The notes below the pieces were generated by a model that was not told where the DNA came from, made no database searches, and saw nothing but the letters and a program-made list of their open reading frames with translations. Shown piece after piece: positions 47,708 through 56,233 of a stretch of DNA of 64,000 nt; the first letter of the stretch is position 1, and every line of letters starts with the position of its first letter. The position numbers and the translations under genes were made by a program. This stretch comes from an uncultured Christensenellaceae bacterium (GTDB lineage Bacteria > Bacillota > Clostridia > Christensenellales > UBA3700), in the NCBI GenBank assembly GCA_944381325.1, contig CALWKS010000005.1, positions 38,827 to 102,826 of the forward strand, written 5' to 3'.

Positions 47708-48378
47708 TTGTTTATTACCTCTGCAAAGCGTTTTGTTATGTCTCTGGGACGGGTGATTGCGCTGCCAATTACGACTGCGTATACTCCCGTAGCCCAAACC
47801 TTTTCAAGCTGTCCGCGTTCCCAGATTCCGCCTTCTGCGATGATCTTGGTTGAAGGGAAGTCTTTTACGAGTTTAGCGATAAAGTCCACATCGGGGAGCT
47901 GAGTGCCTTTGGTGTGTGCCGTGTAACCGCGGAGAGTAGTTCCCACGTAATCGAAGCCAAGTTTTACTGCGTTTTCAGCTTCGGCATAGTCGCTGCAGTC
48001 AGCCATGATTTCTACGTCGGGAGCAGTCTTTCTGATGTATTTGACCAGTTCTTCAAGAGTAACTCCGCCGGGGCGCTTTCTCAGCGTAGCGTCAAGAGCG
48101 ATTACCTTCGCGCCGCAGTTAATAAGGTCGTCCACCTCTTTCTGCGTGGGGGTGATGTAGACTTCGCTGTCAGGATATTCAGCTTTGATAATGCAGATTA
48201 TCGGGACGTCGACTTCGGTGCGGATATCTTCGATATCGCTGACATAGTTGGCGCGGATGCCTACGGCGCCGCCTGCAACCGCAGCGCGTGCCATATACTT
48301 CATAATGCCGAGGCCGTAGAGCGGTTCGCCCTTGACTGCCTGGCAGGAAACGATTAAACCTCTGTTAAGATGTGCCAT
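47704..48378 (-). CDS. nanE: N-acetylmannosamine-6-phosphate 2-epimerase
   Basis: GLIVSCQA N-terminal signature. 224-aa TIM barrel. Lies in the nan context. Confidence 0.88.
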   Translation of the reverse strand: MAHLNRGLIVSCQAVKGEPLYGLGIMKYMARAAVAGGAVGIRANYVSDIEDIRTEVDVPIICIIKAEYPDSEVYITPTQKEVDDLINCGAKVIALDATLRKRPGGVTLEELVKYIRKTAPDVEIMADCSDYAEAENAVKLGFDYVGTTLRGYTAHTKGTQLPDVDFIAKLVKDFPSTKIIAEGGIWERGQLEKVWATGVYAVVIGSAITRPRDITKRFAEVINK

Positions 48379-48391
48379 AAATTCGCCTTCT

Positions 48392-49708
48392 TTATTTATT
48401 GATATTGTTTTTCTTTATATCGTCGATCGTAAGTGTTATAAAATCGACCGTTTCGTGCTGAGTGCTTCCTTCGTAAAGCACGCATATAGTGCCGTCTTTT
48501 GCCTGACACATACTGCTGTATACGAATTCCCCGTCTTTTATCATAGCCGCGTAAGGGAAGGTCTCGCCGTAATCGTAAGACAGTCTGATAACGCCCTGTT
48601 CGCGCTTTTTAGGATTTGCGGCGTTGAGGAGAAGGGTAGCTTCTTTGTCGCCGTCCTTTACGTTTATGGCGCTTATCTGACATATGCACTGAGGGACGTC
48701 TATGTGGTGATAATCGTGCCAGTTTTCACCGCCGTCCTTGCTGATCGCAATCGCGACTTTTCTGCAACTTGCGTGATTGCGTACGAAAACTTTGAGAGAG
48801 CCGTCGGGCAGTTCGATTATCTGAGATTCGCTAGTGCGTTCTCCGTCGACGATGAGTTTGTGTCCTACTTTGAAAATGCCCAGGCGTTTACGGTTTTCGC
48901 CTGCAGCGCCGCCGCGCTTCCAGGTCTTGCCGTTGTCGTCACTGTATATGCAAGCGGTGCATTCCATAAGAGGCCAGAATCGGGGAGTGAAATAAATGGG
49001 AGCGACAAGTCTTCCTTTGTGCGCGCCGTTCCTGATTTTTATTCCAACGCCGGGTCCGCAACCTATAAAACACATATAGCTGTCTTTTATCTGGGAAGAA
49101 ATGCAGACGGGCTTGCTCCACGTCACGCCGTCGTCAACGCTCTCGCAAACGTACATATAAGACGTGCGGTATTCAGTAAATCCGCCTTCGAGAGTTTTGA
49201 TGTTGCCGACCTTTTTGCCGTTGTCGAATACATTGCCGTTTTCATCGACTCTGAACTGAGTCGCTTTGTCTTTGAGATAAAGTATTCCGTCTTTTCCGAT
49301 AGAGTATTTTTTCTTGTCTTTTACTACGATTTGTCTGCCTTCGCTGTCCAGTCCCGTGCCGCGCTTGCTGTTGAGAATGCCTACGCCTGCAGGGGTGTGG
49401 CTGTAAAACATGAAAATTTTGTCGTTGTCTTCGTCATAAAGAAGACACGGGTCGATCGCAGCTGAAGAAAACTGCATGCTTTCACCTTGTTCTTTTACGG
49501 GAACAAACATATCTTCCCAGGTTTTTCCGTTGTCAAGAGAGCGGCATATAGCCTTGTCGATTCTGTTGGGATTGTCTCTTGCCGTAAAATAACGTGCGTC
49601 TGCACATGCGACAATAGTGCCGTGCTTTGTAGTTATTACTGAAGGTATGCGGTAATTTCCCGCAGGACCGCGTTCTTTGGCAAAAAGGGGAAAAGGTTTT
49701 GAAATCAT
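48392..49708 (-). CDS. Exo-alpha-sialidase (GH33), no signal peptide
   Basis: Start at 49708 (RBS GAGGAG) is preferred to 49861. YRIPS (FRIP-like) motif, plus Asp-box/BNR repeats SLDNGKTW, SVDDGVTW, SDDNGKTW, SKDGGENW. Confidence 0.85.
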   Translation of the reverse strand: MISKPFPLFAKERGPAGNYRIPSVITTKHGTIVACADARYFTARDNPNRIDKAICRSLDNGKTWEDMFVPVKEQGESMQFSSAAIDPCLLYDEDNDKIFMFYSHTPAGVGILNSKRGTGLDSEGRQIVVKDKKKYSIGKDGILYLKDKATQFRVDENGNVFDNGKKVGNIKTLEGGFTEYRTSYMYVCESVDDGVTWSKPVCISSQIKDSYMCFIGCGPGVGIKIRNGAHKGRLVAPIYFTPRFWPLMECTACIYSDDNGKTWKRGGAAGENRKRLGIFKVGHKLIVDGERTSESQIIELPDGSLKVFVRNHASCRKVAIAISKDGGENWHDYHHIDVPQCICQISAINVKDGDKEATLLLNAANPKKREQGVIRLSYDYGETFPYAAMIKDGEFVYSSMCQAKDGTICVLYEGSTQHETVDFITLTIDDIKKNNINK

Positions 49709-49766
49709 TGAACAGACTCCTCGTGCTGATTTTAAGTAAAATCGGGTCAATCTTATAAGCGTGTTA

Positions 49767-49795
49767 ATTATAACATTATGCGTGCGCATAGTCAA
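49767..49795 (-). promoter_or_regulatory. Sigma-70 promoter of the nan operon, with a palindrome in the spacer
   Basis: Minus strand reads TTGACT, 17 nt, TATAAT. The spacer holds the inverted repeat TATGCG-N2-CGCATA (49777-49790). Confidence 0.55.
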
Positions 49796-49943
49796 TAAAT
49801 AACATTCAATGTATGTATGGTTTTGGATTAAAGCAACACAAAACGGCAATACGTTGCACAAAAAACTTGAGCGCAGAATATGAATGTTGAAAGGAAAGAA
49901 AATAATCTTTAAACAAAAATTTCAATAATTGCGTTCAGTGTCG

Positions 49944-49972
49944 TTGACATCAGACGAGAGCAGAGATATAAT
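49944..49972 (+). promoter_or_regulatory. Perfect-consensus sigma-70 promoter
   Basis: TTGACA (49944-49949), exactly 17 nt, TATAAT (49967-49972). Confidence 0.6.
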
Positions 49973-49983
49973 ATCGGCATAAA

Positions 49984-50028
49984 GGGCAACGGAGTCCGCA
50001 AATGAGTCGGACTCCGTTGCCCTTTTTT
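49984..50028 (+). terminator. Strong rho-independent terminator or attenuator immediately downstream of the consensus promoter
   Basis: Perfect 15-bp stem gggcaacggagtccg/cggactccgttgccc, a 9-nt loop, then TTTTTT. Confidence 0.7.
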
Positions 50029-50088
50029 CTTGTCTGTGTTATTATATTGACATACGGCAGGGATAATGCCGTCAGGGGAGAGAGAAAA

Positions 50089-50619
50089 ATGAAAAACGTA
50101 TTTGAAAAACCCACTCTGTTACAGCTTTTGCTCGGGATTGCGGCAGGCTGTTTCGCTCTGGTTGCGTTCGGTCTGTTTTTTGCCGACGCAGTAGGAGATA
50201 AAGGCGGCGACGGATTGCCTGCTTTCAAAATAGCGTTCGACGTAATGATCGACGGGCTGCATTTCAATGCGCGTGCCTTTATCGCGTATTTCATACCGCT
50301 GCTTTGCGTGGCGGTCGTTTTGCCTTTTAAAGAGAAAAAAGTTTATTATGCCGCGGCGTTTCTGCTCCTTGCGGCAAGTGTCGCAATATTTCTGATGAGA
50401 GAGATATATCTTTCAAAATACGACGCCGAGATTGCCGACATGTACAGAAAAGGCGGCGTAAGGCTTGCCGTTCCTGCAATAATAGCGGGTGTATTCTGTC
50501 TGATTTCTTCTGCGCTGTCTCTTCTCAGAGGACTGGCAGGGGTAAAGTTTGCGGTAAAGAAAGAGCAGGTTGTCCCAGGTGAATGTACGAATGAAAATAC
50601 GGTGGAGGAAAGACAATGA
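50089..50619 (+). CDS. Hypothetical 4-TM membrane protein
   Basis: Start at 50089 (RBS GGGGAG) is preferred to 50002. Translationally coupled (ATGA) to the GH30 gene. Confidence 0.55.
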   Translation: MKNVFEKPTLLQLLLGIAAGCFALVAFGLFFADAVGDKGGDGLPAFKIAFDVMIDGLHFNARAFIAYFIPLLCVAVVLPFKEKKVYYAAAFLLLAASVAIFLMREIYLSKYDAEIADMYRKGGVRLAVPAIIAGVFCLISSALSLLRGLAGVKFAVKKEQVVPGECTNENTVEERQ

Positions 50620-52157
50620 AAAAGAGAACATTTATTTTTATCAGCATCGTACTTTGTTTGAGTTTTTCCTTGTCTGTGTTTATAGCATGCGGTTCTTCGT
50701 CTGAGTACCCCGATAATTTTCTGGTCATTGACGAAAGCAAAGAGTATCAGTCCGTTACAGGATTCGGCGCTTCGGCGGCATGGTGGGCGCAGACAGTCCC
50801 TCAGGGGTCTCAGTCTGCGACTAGTCTTGCGACAAGTCTTTATACCGACGAAGGTATAGGACTTTCGATTTACAGATACAATATCGGAGGCGGTTCGTGG
50901 GACTACGACGCCTATAACGATCACGGCGCAGGGGACTTTGTCGTGTTTCCCGAATACCGCAACACTCAGTCCGCGTTTATTGCTGAAAATTATGATGAGA
51001 GCAAAAGCGCAAACGAGAACTTTGCAAATCCGGCAAATTACGATTTTTCTCGTGATGCCAACGCCCTTGAGTTTATGAAACTTTGCGCTGCTCAGGAAGG
51101 ATCTACGGTGGAGAGGATTATACTTTTTGCCAATTCGCCGCACTATCTGCTGACTGCTTCGGGAAAGACAAACGGAGAAGAGAAATATCAGAGCAATCTA
51201 CCTGAAGAAAATTATGAGGCTTATTGCGAATATCTTATAAAATACCTGGATTACGTCGTGAACGGACTCGGGCTTACGGTTGAATCCGTAAGTGCGATAA
51301 ACGAGCCTCAGCACGCCTGGGGCGGAGACGACTCTTCTCAGGAAGGATGCCACTATGAGCCCGAAGAACTGGCGGCATTCTACGACGTGTTCAGCCGCTA
51401 TCTCAAAGAGTTCAACACCGCGAATGGCACCAATGTTAAAATGGACGTTTTCGAGAGCGGAAACTACGACGTGTATAAATCAAAAGGCAGAGTAATGGAA
51501 TACATATACGCGATGAGCAAGTACGACTATTTCGAAGACATAGATACGATAAGCGTACATTCTTACGGCTCGCCGACTTCGGTTGAAGCAAGAGAATCGT
51601 TCGTGTATATGCTCAATAATCTTTACGGCGATAAACTGAGCGTGGAGATGAGCGAGATATGTTATATGGAAGCAGGACTTGACGAAGGCATGACCAGCGC
51701 GTTGTGGCTGTCTGAGGTTATGAACAAGGATTTCTGCAATCTCGGCGCAAAGTCCTGGAGCTGGTGGATGGCAACCAGCTGCGACGATTACAACGACGGA
51801 ATAGTGTCCTGGATGTGGGGTAGTGAAAACGGAGAAGTAGTACCGACAAAACGCTACTGGGTAATGGGAAACTATTCAAAGTTCGTGGATACGGGAGACA
51901 AGCGTATAGAAGGTTATGTCGCAAATGCAGAAAAGGGGATATTCGCCACTGTTTTCAAGAAGGCTGACGGAAGGATAATAGTAGTATTAACCAACACGGG
52001 TGAAGAAAAAGTTGCAATTAATCTGCCTGAAGGATACACGTCCTTGAGCGCATGGGAAACAAGCGACAATAAAGATCTCGAGAAAGTCTATGATGGTATT
52101 TGCGGCAAAACGTATGAGGCGCCCGCCGGCAGTGTAACGACGCTGGTTTTATCGTGA
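50616..52157 (+). CDS. GH30-family glycoside hydrolase lipoprotein
   Basis: Lipobox VFIACGSS. GFGASAAWW and the acid/base motif AINEPQH. Confidence 0.8.
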   Translation: MKKRTFIFISIVLCLSFSLSVFIACGSSSEYPDNFLVIDESKEYQSVTGFGASAAWWAQTVPQGSQSATSLATSLYTDEGIGLSIYRYNIGGGSWDYDAYNDHGAGDFVVFPEYRNTQSAFIAENYDESKSANENFANPANYDFSRDANALEFMKLCAAQEGSTVERIILFANSPHYLLTASGKTNGEEKYQSNLPEENYEAYCEYLIKYLDYVVNGLGLTVESVSAINEPQHAWGGDDSSQEGCHYEPEELAAFYDVFSRYLKEFNTANGTNVKMDVFESGNYDVYKSKGRVMEYIYAMSKYDYFEDIDTISVHSYGSPTSVEARESFVYMLNNLYGDKLSVEMSEICYMEAGLDEGMTSALWLSEVMNKDFCNLGAKSWSWWMATSCDDYNDGIVSWMWGSENGEVVPTKRYWVMGNYSKFVDTGDKRIEGYVANAEKGIFATVFKKADGRIIVVLTNTGEEKVAINLPEGYTSLSAWETSDNKDLEKVYDGICGKTYEAPAGSVTTLVLS

Positions 52158-52254
52158 TTTGTCATGATTTTTAATAAATCACAACCGTAGTTTTTACAAT
52201 TTATACACATTTGTGTAAAACTTTAACGCAGGCGCGCAAATTTATATTTGTTTG

Positions 52255-52283
52255 TTGACAATCGAGAAGTATTATAATAAAAT
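52255..52283 (+). promoter_or_regulatory. Sigma-70 promoter of the Opp-type ABC operon
   Basis: TTGACA, 17 nt, TAAAAT. The ~115-nt leader contains several short hairpins. Confidence 0.5.
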
Positions 52284-52406
52284 TAAAATACCATTAAAAA
52301 TGTGAGAGGGAAGACGTCGGTTATGCCGACGGAGGCATACGGAAGTATGCGCAATTTGTTTAGAGAAAAAGCGCGGAATGCGCATAATAAACACGGAGGA
52401 TTTTCT

Positions 52407-55070
52407 ATGAACAAACCATTGAAGAAGATGATGACTCTGCTCATTATCGTCGCTATGGTATTCACCACCGTATTCTCGCTCGTCGCTTGTAAGAAAGACG
52501 AGCAGCAGGGGCTTGACGGACACAAGCATACCTGGAGCGAGTGGACGACTGAATACGATAACAGTTACAAATGTTCCGGAGGCGTGTCTCACCGCACGTG
52601 TTCTATCTGCGGAACTACTCAGACCAAAGACGTTAAACCCAGTCACATTAAGGGCGATGACGGCAAATGTATCTACTGCGGCGTAGTTGTTTACTACACC
52701 AACAGCACTTACACCGCTGTTTCTCCTTCCAACTGGAACGAACTCACTTATCAGGACAACAACGATACGCAGATTTTCTACAACCTGATCAGCTCTTTCT
52801 TTGAGTTCGACTACAAGTTCGATGAAGAAGGCGAAATCATCCCCGGCGCATTCGAAGTTGAATATTCCGCTGCTACCAAGCTGGAAGACGTTACTGCTCA
52901 GTACGCTGATAAGTACGGCTATGCTGACGGTGCTACCGGTTATGCATGGAAGATCACCCTCAGAAACGATCTGAAGTGGAACGACGGCACCGCAATCAAG
53001 GCTGAAGACTTCGTTTACACGATGAAAGAGCAGCTCAACCCTCTCTTCAGAAACTACCGTGCAGACAGCTTCTACAACAGCGGTACAGTTATCCACAACG
53101 CTCAGGGCTATGCTAAGCAGGGCCTTAAGGTTGACGAAACTGTTTCAAATCTGTTCAGCGGCATTGCTGAAGCTAAGAAGGCAGGATATACCGATATCTA
53201 CCTCGATATGAACGCTGTCAACGCTGCTTTCGCTGAATGGTTCGGCGGCACATACGCTCAGGTTAAAGGCGCAGGAATGCTCGATCAGTACTTTACCATG
53301 TACGATGAGAACGGTCAGTCTCTCGGTCAGAACTTCTTCGCTAAGTACGATCTCGAGAAGGTAAGCGACAAGGTCGAAGAACAGCAGATCCTCGTTACCG
53401 ATGAAATGATCGCTGATTACGGCAAGTGCAAGGACTGGAATCCTGATCCTGACGTCGAAGTTGCTATGCTTTCTGTAATCAAGAATTACGTTTATCCTGA
53501 AGTCAGCTTCGACGATGTAGGTATTTTCGTAGGCAACAACGAATATGAACTCGTTCTTTGCCTTGACAAGGCGATCCCGCTTCTTAAGGAAGACGGCTCT
53601 CTGTCTTATATGGCTGCATATCAGCTTTCTTCTCTGCCTCTCGTAAAGAAAGATCTCTATGAGGCTTGCAAGCAGGCTCCTGTTCAGGGTTCTACGCTCT
53701 GGACAAGCAATTACAACAGCAGCGTTGAAACCACCGCTAGCTGGGGTCCGTATATGCTGACTTCTTTCCAGTCAGGCAAGGAATACGTGCTTGAAAAGAA
53801 CCCGTACTGGTACGGTTATACCGCAAACCTTTACGAAGGTCAGTATCAGACCGACAGAATCGTCTGCGAAACCATCGGCGAGTGGGAAACCGCTTGGCTT
53901 AAGTTCCAGAAGGGCGAGATTGACGGCATTACAATTGACGTTACTATAGCAAATGACTACAAGGGCAGCGATCAGGCTTACTTCACCCCGACCGACTTCG
54001 TATCTTCCTTCCAGCTGCAGTCCAGTGAGGAAGCTCTGAAGAACAGAGAATCGGCTGGCGTAAACAAAACCATTCTTACCTATACCGAATTCAGAAAGGC
54101 GCTTTCTCTCGGTATCGACCGTGCAGAATTTGCAAACTCTTGCACCACCAGCTCTCTCGCAGGTTTCGGTCTTTACAACAGCATGCACTACTACGATGTT
54201 GAAAACGGCGGTGCTTACCGTGAAACCGACGCTGCTAAGCAGGTCCTCTGCAACGTTTACGGCATTGACGTAAGCAAGTTCGCTTCTCTCGACGACGCAG
54301 TAGATTCAATCACAGGTTATGACCTTGCTCAGGCAAGAGAACTTGTAAATACCGCTTACGATAAGGCTATTGCTGACGGCAAGATGAAAGAAGGCGACAA
54401 GGTTGTCCTCGTTTGGGGTACTGCTGTCGACAACGAAAGCACCAGACGTACTTACGAATTCGTAAAGAACGCTTGGACGAATCTTATGGTCGGCACTAAG
54501 CTTGAAGGAAAGTTTGAACTTAACTTTGACGCAAGCTTTGGCGACAACTGGGCTAACGACTTCAGAAGCGGCGCTTACGACGTATGTGCCGGAGGTTGGA
54601 CGGGCGCTGCTTGGGATCCGGGCTACTTCCTGCTCGCATACCTCTCACCCGACTATATGTACTCCACCGCATGGGATACCTCTGCTCAGCAGATGACCTT
54701 CACGATGCCCGTTAAACAGGAAGACGGCACCTATAAGGACACTGAGCTTACGATGAGCCTTATGGATTGGTACAACTGCCTCAACGGTATTGCAGGAAGC
54801 GCTTATGACTGGTCTGCAAACGCTGTTGATCAGGACACCAGACTCCCGCTTATCGCAGCACTCGAAGAGCAGGTACTTCTTGCATATTACACTCTGCCGA
54901 TGTACAACGATTACAGTGCTTCTTTGATTTCTTTCAAAGCGGACTATATCAGCTATGAGTACAACACCTTCATGGCGTACGGCGGTCTCAGATATATGCA
55001 GTACAACTATACTGACAGCCAGTGGGCAGAATTCGTAAGCTCACAGGGCGGACAGCTCAACTACAAATAA
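52407..55070 (+). CDS. ABC transporter substrate-binding lipoprotein, family 5 (Opp/Dpp-type), unusually large (888 aa) with a Cys/His-rich N-terminal module
   Basis: Start at 52407 (RBS GGAGGA) is preferred to 52302. Lipobox FSLVAC. The family-5 SBP core is spread over ~800 aa. Confidence 0.85.
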   Translation: MNKPLKKMMTLLIIVAMVFTTVFSLVACKKDEQQGLDGHKHTWSEWTTEYDNSYKCSGGVSHRTCSICGTTQTKDVKPSHIKGDDGKCIYCGVVVYYTNSTYTAVSPSNWNELTYQDNNDTQIFYNLISSFFEFDYKFDEEGEIIPGAFEVEYSAATKLEDVTAQYADKYGYADGATGYAWKITLRNDLKWNDGTAIKAEDFVYTMKEQLNPLFRNYRADSFYNSGTVIHNAQGYAKQGLKVDETVSNLFSGIAEAKKAGYTDIYLDMNAVNAAFAEWFGGTYAQVKGAGMLDQYFTMYDENGQSLGQNFFAKYDLEKVSDKVEEQQILVTDEMIADYGKCKDWNPDPDVEVAMLSVIKNYVYPEVSFDDVGIFVGNNEYELVLCLDKAIPLLKEDGSLSYMAAYQLSSLPLVKKDLYEACKQAPVQGSTLWTSNYNSSVETTASWGPYMLTSFQSGKEYVLEKNPYWYGYTANLYEGQYQTDRIVCETIGEWETAWLKFQKGEIDGITIDVTIANDYKGSDQAYFTPTDFVSSFQLQSSEEALKNRESAGVNKTILTYTEFRKALSLGIDRAEFANSCTTSSLAGFGLYNSMHYYDVENGGAYRETDAAKQVLCNVYGIDVSKFASLDDAVDSITGYDLAQARELVNTAYDKAIADGKMKEGDKVVLVWGTAVDNESTRRTYEFVKNAWTNLMVGTKLEGKFELNFDASFGDNWANDFRSGAYDVCAGGWTGAAWDPGYFLLAYLSPDYMYSTAWDTSAQQMTFTMPVKQEDGTYKDTELTMSLMDWYNCLNGIAGSAYDWSANAVDQDTRLPLIAALEEQVLLAYYTLPMYNDYSASLISFKADYISYEYNTFMAYGGLRYMQYNYTDSQWAEFVSSQGGQLNYK

Positions 55071-55272
55071 GCTGTAAAAGTCAAACAAAACACACTGCGC
55101 AGTGGGGCGGCATAAAGCCGTTCCACTGCTTGCGTGTAAAATGCGCATGCGTACGTACGCGCTAGATTATTTAATAAGGATAAGTCAATAATAATACTAT
55201 TGTTATCCGTATATATCTGTATGCGGATACCAATGGCATTATGCTTATTTACATCAAAGGAGAAGTGCTCTT

Positions 55273-56232
55273 ATGTATATGTTCAAATACATAATGAAGA
55301 GACTCGGATTGATGTTGATGACCTTTCTTATCATTATGATTATGTGCTTCGTGCTGATAAAGCTGTTGCCTATCGTAATCAACGTAAGTATAGGACAGGA
55401 CGCCGACATCATAAAGGCTCAGATCGAGGCGAGAGGATATTACGATCCGATCCCCGTTCAGTTCGTAAATTATATCAAAAGAATATTCCAGGGAGACTTC
55501 GGCATAGGCGTGAATATGCCGGAGTATAGAAATCAACCTGTTCTGGATGTATTCCTTGAAAAACTGCCCCCGACAATACTTATCAATATTTATTCGGTAT
55601 TGATTTCAGTTCCTGTAGGACTCGGACTGGGCATTCTTGCTGCGCTTAAAAAGAACAAGTGGCAGGATCATACTATAAGCACTGCGGTAATGATAGTCAT
55701 TTCAGTGCCTAGTTACGTTTACGCTTTTCTTATCCAGTATCTGTTCTGTTTCGAGCTGGGTTGGTTCCCGCTGACTATGAACTCGGGGTATGATTATTTT
55801 TCGCCGTCAATGTTTCTCTCAATGCTTCCTGCGGTGTTCTCGCTGTCGTTCGGAAGTATAGCGGGCTATGCGAGATTTACGAGAGCTGAGCTTACTGAAG
55901 TTCTTACCAGCGAATTTATGTTGCTTGCTAGAACAAAAGGTCTGACGCGAAGTCAGGCTACGGTAAGGCATGCACTGAGAAACGCGATGGTGCCTATTTT
56001 CCCAATGATAATAGGTGAGTTTATAAGCGTTCTCAGCGGATCGCTTGTCATAGAAAAGATATTCGCAATACCGGGCGTAGGTAAGCTGTATCTGGATTCA
56101 ATCAATACGCAGGACTATGACTTCTTTATGATGTTGTCAGGTTTCTACACATTCGTAGGCTTGGCGGCAGGCATCGTCATCGATATCAGTTACGGTATCA
56201 TTGACCCGAGAATAAGAATGGGGGCGAAATAA
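55273..56232 (+). CDS. ABC transporter permease (OppB/DppB-like)
   Basis: Six TM segments and the EAA-type loop LLARTKGLTRSQATVRHALRNA. Confidence 0.88.
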   Translation: MYMFKYIMKRLGLMLMTFLIIMIMCFVLIKLLPIVINVSIGQDADIIKAQIEARGYYDPIPVQFVNYIKRIFQGDFGIGVNMPEYRNQPVLDVFLEKLPPTILINIYSVLISVPVGLGLGILAALKKNKWQDHTISTAVMIVISVPSYVYAFLIQYLFCFELGWFPLTMNSGYDYFSPSMFLSMLPAVFSLSFGSIAGYARFTRAELTEVLTSEFMLLARTKGLTRSQATVRHALRNAMVPIFPMIIGEFISVLSGSLVIEKIFAIPGVGKLYLDSINTQDYDFFMMLSGFYTFVGLAAGIVIDISYGIIDPRIRMGAK

Positions 56233-56233
56233 T

